Assembly (NCBI GenBank): GCA_038496445.1
Contig: JALMLS010000268.1
Coordinates: 248,001 to 312,000 of the forward strand
Reading direction: 5' to 3'
Source: Trichosphaerium sp. ATCC 40318
Lineage: Eukaryota; Protista; Tubulinea
DNA length: 64,000 nt
Under the pieces are notes generated by a model. It did not search any database. It saw nothing but the letters and a program-made list of their open reading frames with translations, and was not told where the DNA came from. How positions within the stretch are numbered: the stretch's first letter is position 1; each line of letters begins with the position of its first letter. Positions 38,797-51,642 of this stretch are shown in pieces. Made by a program: the position numbers and the translations under genes.

Positions 38797-40908
38797 TTAA
38801 CTGGTCAGTGTATGAGTTGAAACAAAATGGACAGGTATGTGGAAACTGAGGGCAGAAGTGTATCTTTACATTTACATAAAAAAATGGAACTAAATGAGGA
38901 AAGTAGTATTCTCATTTTGTTCGCGGTTTAGTACTGTTCCAGCATTTTAACGTATTTGTTGTACACCGAATCAAACATTGTGATAACGGATCGAGCATAA
39001 TCAGGTGTTCCACCTTTAACAAAAGTGTTATTGATCTACTATTTAAAGTATCACGTGATTTCACATACCATATCCCGTGCCTCCGTTTACTACAATACCC
39101 GTTTTTGAGCGGATATCTTGACCGCAATTTGTGCTATTAAGGCACTGCAACCACATAAAATATGCAGGTTCTTCATTAGCTATTCTTAGACCAGGCTTTC
39201 TTGCTATGAGTTTGACTAACTGGTCCCACCTTACCTCTTGCTATGAGAAACAAAGTTTTTACTCTATGTTAAGATACCTGTATTTAAGCGTTGATCTAAG
39301 TCCAGAAAAGAACTCATCACTATTTTCCAAAACCATTTGTAACAATCTGACAGTACGAATCCGAGCCTATTACTTAATTTTGTTAAAAAGTCATTCAAAA
39401 AAAAAAGAAAAAAAACTGACATCAACGCTGGGTGCAAGTGTAGTCGCTGATATCCAGCTAGCCATTCTATTTGCTACAGCTTCATTTTTAACAAGAGCCC
39501 ATCCTATTCGTCTAAAGTCGTTGATAAAGGACAAAGTAAATAGAATGGATGTGACTCACGTGGCTGAATGACCTGTAAGTTTACCTAAACTGAATACCAT
39601 GATATCCTCGTCCATTTGTTTATTCACATCGATATATGAAGGCCAGTAGTAAACCAAATCGTATATAGTATTAGTAGTATTGTAAAATGGGATAGCACGT
39701 CTTCCATCGGGATTGTTCGGGTAAGCCACCTTATCATAATTTTAAACAAAAGGTTTTTCTCCTATTTTTAATGTGTTACCATCTCAATGACATCGTCCTC
39801 GTTTAACTCTAATGATGTATTCCAAGGCGTTTCAATGGGTGTTATATCCGCCCATTTTTTGAAATTTGTGTAGTAAGGTGGTTTCGAAAATACAGTCATA
39901 CTGTCCTTTCCAGACAACTGTTGAAGGGCACTCCTAAATGCTTTCAAATCAACCTACAGTATTGGCACATATTTTATCATATCAGACTTACATTGCTGCT
40001 CTCACAACTTGCGTTGCACCATTTCCAACGACAATATACTTTCCTTCATGTACAGCATTCCCAACATGGGTATGGAGACCACTAGCAAGAAAATTAAAAG
40101 GTTGTTACTGACAACTTATAAATACCGAATTGCATCATTCAGCTGTTGCCTCAACAGAAAGTTTGAAGGGATTTCTTCTCTGTCAATAGGTATCGGACTT
40201 GTGGATGTGTATGACATGCGATAGTCTCCACGTATTGTCACTGTTGCTGCTTCTTCCGCATAAGACTGCCAGAATGGCGTCGCCACTTAATAAAGATAAA
40301 TCAAAACATCACAAAAACATGACTGTTCTTGCCTCGCAAGTCCATCTCGTTAGCTAGAAGCTGGCAATTAGGTATATCTTCAGAGCAGTCGTCTCCTTGG
40401 AAACACTATACTTCTCATGAGTGTTGCTTACGAGAAAAAGGTAGACGTCAGTGTCAATTTAACTGCTAGTTCACCTGGCTTTAAAATAATTCCAAACTTG
40501 TTCATAATTTGTGTACCTGAAAGCACTGGCATGCACGTGATTCTTCAACAAATATGAGACCTTGGTTATTGCATTTATCAGCTATTCAAATGTCTTAGTG
40601 TCACGCGCAACCGAAAGATTTTAAGTTGTTCAAACTGTACGTTTTTGTAGCACATAAAGGACGGCAAATAGAGCACTGCCAACTGCCGCAACAATTATAA
40701 GAGTAACCACTGATGTAATAATAAATCTAGACTTTTTAGCCTATTAAACAGTGTTATTAGAGCAATATTATAAAGTTATCACGTGTGGTACTGGTTTAGG
40801 TTCTGCTTTTTGTACAAGAGGCGTTCGCTCTGTTGGTCTTGCCTTCTGAGTTCCTTCATCGCCTTCAGAGCTAGCAGCACTTAAAGACTCTTCTCCTGTG
40901 TTACTCAT
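38797..40908 (-). CDS. Alliinase / tryptophan aminotransferase-related (TAA/TAR-like) PLP enzyme with TM anchor and EGF-like domain
   Basis: CNNQG...CQCFQCFQGDDCS, PFW...RMSY, YPNNPDG, IYDLVYYWP, DEDIMVFSLGKLTGH...RIGWALVK. Confidence 0.85.
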
Positions 40909-41216
40909 TGATTGACTAGGTGTAAAGACCCGATTTGGTCATTTCAAATTCAACACAGGACGTGATCGATAAAAATAAGAGCACAGGGTTTTACAAAAGG
41001 AGAAGGCTTTTACTTGATTTACAATACTTGGCTTCAAACGCCTAGATACCAATCTGCCAAGCATAGAGCCTTTACAGCGCTACTGGGACACGCCAAGGGC
41101 AACTATCCACGTGATCTTGGGGAAGTAGTATTCAAAAAGGATGAGATGAGCTGTAGACAGCTCAAAACAGTTTAAAAGGGTTTGGGTTTTTTCCATGTGT
41201 TCTTCTTGACTTGCAT

Positions 41217-43122
41217 TTACTCGTCATCAGAATTGTACAAGGAGATTGAATTGATCCTACTGGTGATTTTACCACCTCTGTAACCGCCACGCTTTTTCTT
41301 TGTTTTTTCGTGTCTGTAACGATCTCCAGATGTGTTTTTAAAAGAGTTGTAAGCACCTTTACCAAAGTCGTCTTCGCCCTATAACGAACAAAATAAGCTT
41401 CTTCAAAAAACTCAAAAAAGTACGCGAGGGTGCGTGAAAAAAAAAAATTGTTTTTCTTTGGCGTACCTTGGCGTGGAAACTGTTGTCTGATAATCTTCTG
41501 TCGTTGAATCTATCTTGTTCTCTTACGCGTTGGTATGTACGGCGTGTGCCTCCTTGGGAACCTGAGCTCATACGTCTATCTTGAACTCTTCCGTCGTTGT
41601 AGGTATCTTCTCTGTTATTGTTGTAAGCTTTTGTTGGTGTTTTTTCTACTTTAGCTGGCTTTTTCTCAACTGGTTTCTTTTCTTCTTTCTTTTCTTTTTT
41701 AGCCGGTTTCTTCTTTGATTCTGACGAGCTAGACGATGATGACGATGATGAACCAGAGTCTGAATCAGAGCTTGAAGAACTAGAAGAGCTTGAAGAGCTA
41801 GAAGAAGACGATTTCTTCTTCGTGGCAGGTGTTTTCTTGTCATCTTTTTTCTTGTCATCTTTTTTCTTGTCTTTCTTTGATTCTGATGAGCTAGACGAGG
41901 ATGAAGATGATGAACTGGAATCAGAGTCAGAAGAGCTTGAAGAGCTTGATGAACTTGAAGAGCTAGAAGAAGATGATTTCTTCTTCGTGGCAGGTGCTTT
42001 CTTGACCTCTTTTTTCTTGTCGTCTTTCTTTGCTTCTGATGAGCTAGACGAGGATGAAGATGATGAACTGGAGTCCGAATCAGAGGAGCTTGAGCTGCTA
42101 GAACTGCTTGATGATTTTTTCTTGGCAGGCGCTTTCTTGTCATCTTTTTTCTTGTCCTTGACATCAGTCATTTTTTCGTCTAACAGATGCATTAGTAAAT
42201 AGCAAAACAAAAAACCAAAAAAACAATAATAAAAATTACCGGAATCAGATGAGTCCGAGCTAGAGCTGTCTGAATCACTATCAGAGCTTGAGCTAGAATC
42301 ACTGTCAGAGCTTGAACTGTTAGAATCACTGTCAGAGCTTGAATCACTGTCAGAGCTTGAGGATGAGCCAGAAGAAGAAGAATCACTTTTCTTTGCGATT
42401 GGTTTTACTGTCTCTTTTGTTGAAGCTTTTGTCTTTTAGGAGTATACGTCAGTACAACAGCTAGCGTGGGACAATATTGGTACATACCTTGGCTTTTTTT
42501 GTGCCGTTAGTTTGTGCGTCTTCCCGTTTCCTCTTTGTACCAGCACCGTCTTTTGTAGCGTCCGTAGCAGATGTCAAAAGTGCCGTGAACCTGTCTTCGT
42601 GTTAAAAATGTTTAAAAACCAGTTATTAGGCGTACCATCTTAGCATTGTTGTGATTTCTGGTACGTCAGAGTCTTTTTTCAAGTTTTTGGCGTTTACGCC
42701 ACATTCTTTCTTAAACGCTGCCAAGGTCTTGGTGAGGCCCGCGTTTGTAAGGAAACTATTAATTAACGGATATACATGCTTTGCAGTTGTGACATCTGCC
42801 AAAAAACAGTTAGTGACGTAGTTTTAGCATAAGGAGTAGTAATAGGAACCAAAGCGAAATACGACGTAAAATAAGAAAAACTTGATAAAAAAAAAATTAA
42901 AACGCGCCAGCAAGCGCTATAGGCGCGTGCAAAGGGACCAGAAAAATTCTGTTCCTTAATGTCGCTTAGGCGTGCACTTCTGAGCGTATACGCACCTTTA
43001 ATGCCATTACCATCGCAGTATTTATTCAATCTTTTAATTGCTTGCACGCTTTGAACGTGACCGGCTTGGGCCAGATCAACGACCTTGGTGAACTCTGTAG
43101 CGAACTTGGTTTCATTGGACAT
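41217..43122 (-). CDS. NOLC1: Nopp140/SRP40-like nucleolar phosphoprotein
   Basis: LisH-like VYPLINSFLTNAGLTKTLAAFKKE, alternating poly-Ser/Lys blocks, SRP40_C-like YRHEKTKKKRGGYRGGKI. Confidence 0.9.
41710..42390 (-). repeat. Coding tandem repeats encoding Ser/Asp and Lys blocks of Nopp140
   Basis: Three near-identical units of about 110-120 nt plus 18-24 nt subrepeats (GAATCACTGTCAGAGCTT). Confidence 0.85.
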
Positions 43123-43279
43123 GTTGTACTATTGAGAATCGGTGCAGAAACTACGCAAGTGGCTTAATCACAAAACCAAAACGAGTCCAGTTTTCATAAA
43201 AATAAAAGTGAAACTAAACTATCTATAAAAGAAAGTCCGTTAATTACTACAATATAGCCACAAGGAACGGTAGCACATT

Positions 43280-46200
43280 ATGGAGCTGTTATTGCATATT
43301 TATAACACTTTAACGTTCTTTACCTTTGGTTTTTTAACCGGTATCGTGCTGTTGTTGTTTATACTGCGCTTTGGACCTATTTTGGCGATAGATATACTAG
43401 ACTTTTTAAATCAAATGGATGCAACGAATTTTTTGGTGCGTGTAGGGCGTGTTACTACCGCTAACTGTAAAAACTAGATAAAACCATCAAAATTTGCTCT
43501 TAATCATCGCCAAAAAGGCGCCAAATGGGCGCAAACAACTCAAGGTATGCACGCAGTACAGAAATATGTTCTTACTCTCGCAAAGAGCTACCAATCCTCA
43601 CAACGATGTTTAAACAGAAAATAAACATAGAGATAATCGAATCTGAATTGTTCCACGGTTACTCTTCCGCATGTACGTAAAATATCATCAAACGACGACC
43701 AAAAATCTCTAAATCGCTCACAGGCCATTTAAAATTGCGTATTGCAGAGAATAAATTCAAAACGAAAACGAGCTCAAAAACTCGGTTCCCGAATTGGCAA
43801 CAAACATTCTCCTGCACTGTTGGTAGTCCCAAGACAGAGTTTCTATACGTGCGCCTCGTACGCCATAAATACCGTCACGAGGAAACGCTCGTACGTCCTT
43901 TTTCAGCCCACACAAAAAGTTCAATTTAAAAATTCCTTTTTTTGGAAAAATACTAAACACTTTACAGGGTGAAGCCACTGTAGGTATGAGTGAATTACGG
44001 ATGGGTATAGCCAAGTTAGTAGCAGTACCTTTAAAGGCTAGAGATCCTAAAAAGGCCAATGTGAACGGTCTGGTTGGCACTCTTTGGATAAGAATAACTC
44101 AAACGAGAGCGGCTGATACCGCTGTCTCTGAATCACATAGCGAAGAAGCGTCAAATAGTGAGAGCGCTTCTTTAAGTAGAGCATCGCTCACTAGAGAAGC
44201 GTCAGCAACATTCACTCGAGAAGCGTCCTTCACTAGAGCGGAATCACTCACTAGATCAGAATCCGCGCAAGCAATGTTTTCAGGCATGCTACAAATCAAA
44301 CGCAGGCATCATAGCAAGAGTTCGGAGGCAGAAGCACGTTGGGCAGTATTGGATTCCGTTACAAACGAATTTCAAATATTTGCACGTCAGCACGTGCGTA
44401 CCACATGACAAGTGTAAACCACTCATTTTTTTGCTGTAGGACGCTGAACCGCTACACGCGACACCATTAGAACACCACACAGCGATTGCTTCAAGTGCAG
44501 GACCAAACACATTTGAGGTTATATCAAAGAATAGAAAATCTACAAAACGTCTTATCGCAAGAACACTATCAAAAAAACAAAAACAACATCACCTTATTTG
44601 TCAGACATCTTCTCCAGAAGATGTTAAAAGATGGCTCAAAGCATTTGAATTCATGCGCCTACAGATGCGTGTAAGAGAAATATTTATAGCAACTTAATGG
44701 TAAACTGACGTGGATTTAGGGTGGTATCACGTGTGAAGCTGTATCTAAAGAAGATGACGAAGAGGAGAGCGAGCAGAGACCTCAAACTCTTGGTTCGCAT
44801 CGTCGTGCACCTAGTGCCACATTTACTCTTAGTGAAAAGGAAGTACCTAAGGATTGTATTGATGCTATTTATACACAAATGTGAGTGCTTGAATTGAAGT
44901 CTGAGAGATTTATTTATGTTTTATTTAGGCTTCCAAAATTGAAAAAATCCGCACTTCCAAAGTATGAGCCTCCTGACTGCAACTTGATTCCACCTTCAGA
45001 GCCAGAACCTGATTTATCATGGTTCAACGCGTTAGTATCTAGGGTGTTTCCGCAGGTACATTAACTAATATTTGAAAGTTACAGCTCAACTTTATATTGT
45101 GCTAACCTGAGTTTCCAATTTAAGATGTCGATGGACCCTGGTTTCCAAGAGCTGATTATGGTAAAAATAAATGAAAAATTGATAGAAATCCCTAACAGAC
45201 CAGCCATCCTCGGGCCCTTGACAGTCACAGACTTTTACTTGGGACCTGATGTACCAGTAGTGCGTTTCTTTTTCAATCAAAAAATCCAATGGATTTACGT
45301 CGTTGTTGATGAATCCTTTTTAGTTCCAATCCATAAAGTCTGTTTTTACTGGCAACGAGAGCGAGTTGGTACGTTTTACTTTGTTTTTCACTTGCAATGG
45401 TTGGATTTTAACGTTTTTTTGATATGGTTTAGCTTATTGAACTTTCTGGCACTTATGGAGGTTTTGAGATGGCTCTAGAGGGACAGCTTGTATTACCAAT
45501 GACTGATATGGCGATATTACCATTTGAGGGACACGTACACTTAAAGTCTGTTGAGGCAACGATTGGATTTCGAATGGATCCTGATGTCGTTGGGAGATGG
45601 GAAATCCGTGTTATTGGTCAACCTAAAATACTAGATGTTGACATCACTGTACGTCACGTGCCCTCCTTTTGCACATAAAGACACGAAAAACCACTAACCA
45701 TAATCTTTCTAAGGCGTCATTTGGTAACCGTTTGTTGAGTATCAACCAGAACATACCGATGTTCAAGGAACTTGCCGAAAGGTACGGTACTTACCTTTCT
45801 TGTGAAAATTTGTTTTGACGTGTTTTTCATTTTTTGTTGTTTAGGGTAATCAAAAAAGTGCTTACACTCATAATCATCCCACCTGGTGGCATTGCATTCT
45901 TTATCCCGATGCCTGGTGTTAAAGCTGATGCTATTGTATATAATTTAGAAACAAAAAAAATGAGAAAGGTACAAACAAACTTAGCCCACAGCAATCCATT
46001 CTCTGTTGTATTAACCCCTCTTCATTTTTGTAGAAATTAAAGCCAACAAAAGGAAAACTTCATTCCCTGTTTTATAAGGAAACAACACTAACTATGCGGT
46101 AACCGAGCTGGATTCATTTTCATACTAATCTTTTTGTCAGACGTAAACACTTAATGGCACAATTCTTTGATTTGGCTCTTAATAAAAAGGATCTATCAGG

Positions 46201-46669
46201 TCTGCTTCTTTTTCTTTTTTTCAGTCTTGCTCGTTGCCCTTACTGGCTTGTAGTGCTACCTCAAGTATTCGATAAGAATGTACTAATATATGGGACTACT
46301 CTGAACAAGTCAACAACAAAGGGGATTCAACAGATTGAATCCTTTCTCACAAATTTACACAATGCGTTCAAGAAGTTGCAATTCCGTATTGAAGAGACAA
46401 CAGCTGGCTCTTATCAGGCATGAAAAATGATCATCTGTTGCATTATGGGTTTATCACGCTAACACTTGTCATAGATTGTCGCGCGATGGATTGCAAAGGG
46501 CTATCCACAACATTGCATTTGGCCAGAACAGGAAGAGTACATGGTCGCTTCACCAAAGGACCCAAAAGTGATGCAAGGTGTCATTATCGCACACTATGAT
46601 CAAGGAGACAAAGAAATTAGTCGAATGTGGTTCTACTGGAATCTTGGTAGTATCTACGACATTGTATAG
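43280..46669 (+). CDS. TM-C2-PH-PH-SMP lipid-transfer protein with SnoaL/NTF2-like C-terminus
   Basis: C2-like FKTKTSSKTRFPNWQQTF, PH-like SGMLQIKR...RWAVL, SMP-like LSWFNALVSRVF...LTVTDFYLGPDVP, terminal IVARWIAKG...MWFYWN. Confidence 0.65.
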
Positions 46670-46756
46670 CATAATCAAAAAAACAACATTACTGTTCACC
46701 TGCTGTAGCACGGTCCAAATATTTTATTTTTTACCAATTAATTTGATTTACACAGC

Positions 46757-49700
46757 CTAAAAGAACTGTACATAACCAGTTTCTTGTGAATATTTCCACG
46801 TGTTGCTCCAGAATCCAGCAGCAAGAAGGCCGCCATCACCTGCCCAACCCCAGTTAGGACCATAAACCGCGTAATCTGGGACCATATGCCCACTTTTTCT
46901 TGGGAACGCTGTGATTGCTTTTTTCAATCTAGTAGCAGTATTAATATAGATGCCAAAAACAAAAAAGGGTTTGTTAGAACATACCCATCCATGTCTGTGC
47001 CTGCGAGTATGGCTGCTACATGGTCACCTCCCCAAGACGTGAGAAAAGAGATTCCAGTTTTAGGCGTAGAGAAGGTTCTACTGTTGACTGAGAATGAGCC
47101 ATCCTCAAATGTGACTTGTTACAAACAAAAAGTTAACGGATATTCTCCACAAGCAACTTAAGTACCAGGCAGCTTCCCTGTATCTGACAACATGTCCGTT
47201 ACTTTATTTACGCTAGGACCTCCAAATAGTAACAAATTTTTGGCTTTGAAGTCTGTAGGGAGATTGGTATCCAGTACAATGTCCACCATTGAACGAATCT
47301 AAAAGCAGTATTAAGCAAAAATGATGGTGCGTTCTACTTGACATACTTGATAATGCCAAGAATTTGCTAGGAATGTAGCCCACATAAGCATTGTATTAGT
47401 ATCCGCTTTACTGCCTTTGGTACCAATAACAATCAGGAAAGGAGCTTCGATGACCTGAACAAGTGGTCCTAGAATACAAAAAAAAAGCTGAGCAAATTTG
47501 GTGGTTATGTTGGTCAACAACAATGTATACCTGTTGTAGCTGGAGAACGTTCTGCAACAGTCCAAGAGCTTCCATTGCAAATCTTCCATAACTTACCATC
47601 AACATTGCAAAAGTGTGAATCAGGTAGCAAGGCAGGGCGACCATCAAATGTTTGACCATCCAAAACGATACCTATAAATTGTTGATGCGATTGATTTGAC
47701 TAGTTCATTGTACCTTTTGAAGGAAAGTCGAGAGTTGGTATAGCATTAAATCCCAACCGACGTACGTTTTGTGTCTCTAATTCCCACAATGGGTTACGTG
47801 TGACTGATGTATGGTTAGTCTTTTTATGTCAGGATACAAAAATGATACTTGCCTTCAACAAAGGAAGCACGGTATGGAAGTACTTGTTGAACAACTTGAA
47901 TACCTCCCTATCGTTGAGTGAGAATAATTCCGCATTAACAGTGACGTACTCTACCAGTGGAAGAAGCAGTATGCATGGTAGTCACTACGAACTTTTGAGG
48001 TAGAGCTGGAAGCTTTGCTTTGAGATTACGATCAAAGAAAGCTTGCATTACAGGGCTATAAATACAGGTTAACTAAAAAAAAATAGAGCAAAACGATTGG
48101 TGAGCAATGCTCGTACCCATCCACCTAAGACTGCTGTTAATTGAGGACAACAAGATTAGATGTTTTACGTACAACACCGCTGAACCAGTGTGGTTGTCCT
48201 GGAACCTCTGAAACTTCAACCCACGTGGCATTTGAGTTGATTTGATCGACAAGCCGAGACTGTTACCAAAAGGTAATTAGACTTTTGTCAAAGACCACAA
48301 ATGAAAATAAGTGTACCATGCGTCTCATATGATATGGAGGTACATTTGTATCCTTGCCTCCAAATCGTGTTATCAATGGTAAACCAGCCAAGTTACGTGT
48401 GTAGAAATCAGTATTGTCCATTGAGATTGCGCTTTGTAGGATTTGCTGCAAGAAAGGAGATGCTAAAGAGTTACCAACACGAGTGAAGTATGGCTGATAC
48501 ATTGGAAATGAAATCCTAAAACGCTGTATGTCAGGAACAAAAAAGAGTAATCGGTGGTTAGTTTTTTTCATTCAAGAATCCGTGTAGTTTGTTTAACGAT
48601 TCGTACCAACCAGCTGCAGGTGCAACACCGAGAGCCTTATCTGGGTACTTTGTAGACATTGACCAACATCCATGACCACCCATACTGTGACCTACAAAAG
48701 GTGTAAAAAAGTGTAATTTAAATGTTTATTGTCATAAAAACAAAGGAATGTATACGTGCCTGCATAGAGTAATCTGTTTGGGTCAGGTTGCTTGGAGTCC
48801 AATGCGAACTGTGGGACACCAGGAATATTTTGAGTAAAGTAGTCTAGAGACTGTCTTGCGTTCATTCTCCCTGGTCCTTGAAAATCCCACCCATAATTGC
48901 GTCTGTTCGTGGGAAACAGAATCTATAAACAGAGCCCCAGTTAAAATCCAACTTGACGCTTATTTGCACTTTATAACGAACCCAATAATACTCTTGCTGA
49001 GAATAAGCACGTGTCCATGCATCAGTATTAGCGATTACAGCTGTCAAACGTCAGTTATACCAAAGCTGCAATACAGGGGGTGGTCAAGATCGTACCTGCG
49101 CCATGGAATGTGTACAGTATTGGACAAGATCCGCCTGGTGCTTTCTTGCAATCGCCTTTAGGTGCAACCAACATTGCGTATTGAATAGCCTAATTGGTTT
49201 TTTATGAGAAGCGCTTGAAACGAGCCTAAAGGTAACGTACGCCGTCAAAGTCAGGAAACGTAAATTTGTAAGGTTGTGAAGGCCATAATTTGCATTGTAG
49301 ACTGACTTCATGTATTATAGGACTTGTACCAGTAGCGGATATGCTTGACAATCCGGTTAAGGCTGACATTGTAAAAAAATTACAATATTACCTGATGTTA
49401 AACTTGTAAGAGCCATAAGGCTTCGTTGTTTCATTGCACTTGATGTGTGAAGTCAAACTCATTTCGAATCGAATAGGCCCTTAACGAGGTAGTTGTTTAG
49501 TAACAGTTACCTAAATAGCCCGTACGTGTTTGTCCTGGAGCCAAGGAAGGGAAATACTGTTTAGTTAGTTTAAAGGGAACTCCTGATGAAACTGAAACTG
49601 TCACGTCTGTCAAGAAGTTTGCAGTATCCATGTTCGTCACTGACACTGCAAAGTGACTAGAAGCCAATTGCTGCGTTGCATTCGCAATGATAACATCTGG

Positions 49701-50662
49701 TACTAGTGCCGGATAAGCCTACGAGTCAAACAATAAGAATAAACAAGAAATATAAAGTAATATGCTTAATAAACCTTAGTACCTCTCCTGGATGTGTAGG
49801 ACCAATAAGTGATGTGGATTCAGGTTCAAAAAACTGGCATGAGAATCCTTGATTGAGTAAATGAACATAAAACGTGTGTTTGCCCTAAAAAAACTGATGA
49901 GAAAGCGACCTCCCTTTTTTTACACTGTAGTGAGCTCAAATGATAAGCAAAACATACCTTGGTGAGCGTAACAGGGTGAATTGCAAGGTCAGCGCTATAA
50001 TAATCACCTTTGAATACTTTGTCATCAATGAAATACCTTTTTTTTGAAAAAATTATCACTGCCTTGGAATTTATCTTTTTTTCCTTACTCTGCCGAAACA
50101 CGTGAACATGAAACCATAAACGTGCCATCCTCCTCAACTTCAAACTCTCCAACGGCCCATCCTTGCCATGCCGTAGCTGAAGGACTCCTACAACACGGTA
50201 AATGGTAAAAACGCCATAACAAGCTTTACCATGCGTTGATAAGGTCAAAGTCCACAGTTGAAGCATTGAATGTAACATCTACTGCGCCCTTGACAGTTTT
50301 TACGGTGGTCCATTTTACACTGTCGGTTAATGATTGTAAAGTGCTGAAATGGGCTTACTGTCCTCCTGCAATAAGATCAGAGGGGTAAGACGCTGAAGCG
50401 TCGCCAATGGGAATGTTGAAGATGCCACCAAAAGCGTTGAGTACATCTACACCCACTTCGCGCGTGCCTGAAACGTTTAGGATGTCATAAACGCGTAAAC
50501 AGAAAAAAGTCGTACCAACAGGAAAAGGAGCGATAACATTCCACGACGAAGGAAGTGAAGGTGCTGCTATAGCCGCGCTACTGAAAGTTACGATGACAGC
50601 TTTGATTGAAGGTACCTTTGCGCTATTAGTAGTAGTACTAGCGCCACCACTATGTTGCACAT
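46757..50662 (-). CDS. Secreted S9 (prolyl oligopeptidase-like) alpha/beta hydrolase
   Basis: Signal peptide, WNVIAPFPVGTRE, nucleophile motif YAGHSMGGHG, GGKDTNVPP, HWF. Confidence 0.82.
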
Positions 50663-50765
50663 GTTGACGTTAATTTTGTAAACGGTTTTTCTGTTTGGGC
50701 TTGATTAAACGCAACTTATCAACTTAGTCATTTAGTCCAGTCAGTACACGTCTCCAATCTTGCTC

Positions 50766-51469
50766 ATGTCTCAGTGGGGCACAGAGATATTCGCAGGTTA
50801 CAGTTGCGTAAAGGGTTTGGCTACACGAAACTTGAATTGGGAAGAACTTGCTACTATCGTACGAGACGAGGAGTACCATCAACTGGGAAGGTTGAAAGCG
50901 GACCTTGAAGTGTATAGAGCTGTTTGTGCTGACTTACGGTAATACAATCACTTGAAACAGCTCGTGACACGTAAAAGGGATAAGTATGAGACAGTTGGAG
51001 ACTTCATTTTACATAGGGAATTCGCTGCCCCACTTAGCAAAGCGCCAAGTGGTAAACTGAAAGCCACACTTAGCGAGGTACGCTGTGACGCCAATTTTCG
51101 CTGACACATGTCAAAAGAACCAAGCAAATATTATTACATTTAAAAAAAATGATTATGGTTACTCCGTTGATCCAGGTATCCAACACTACCTTCTGTGGAG
51201 TCTAGGTACGTTATACTATATACTGGTAGTGTTTGCAAAAAGTAAGTTGTGTTTTAGGAGAGTGCAGCTCTAAAACAATAGAGGATACCATAGTTTCTAA
51301 TATTACTCAAGAGATAGATTACTTGTACTTGTGAGTTGTAGCATGCTATCGGCGTTGTTTTTGTTAAATTTCCTTTTTTTTCTGTAGCGTCAATCCTCCT
51401 GCCCTTAAATCAGTCGATAATGTCCACCACGCTCACGTTTTTTGGCGTTATAAAGTGACAATAAACTAA
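50766..51469 (+). CDS. DUF3605 / GIG1-like protein
   Basis: LNWEEL...LGR, NDYGYSVDPGIQHYLLWS, VNPPALKSV...HAHVF. Confidence 0.8.
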
Positions 51470-51642
51470 ATACTGTTTTTTGGACAGAAAAAACAAATAA
51501 TTCCTATTTACGGCCAACAATGCTAATATAACGTACTACGCTATACCGATGCAGCGGGAATAGTAGTGGGGTAGTAAACTTAATGTAAGTTGCTGCGTCA
51601 AGGCACGATTCAAAAATTGTCACATACTCCGTCGTCACACAG

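Noticed and set aside
41646-42386. Alternative-frame and antisense ORFs with repetitive sequence; possible CRISPR-like or satellite array
   Set aside because: Shadows of the Ser/Lys coding repeats of Nopp140; there are no unique spacers.
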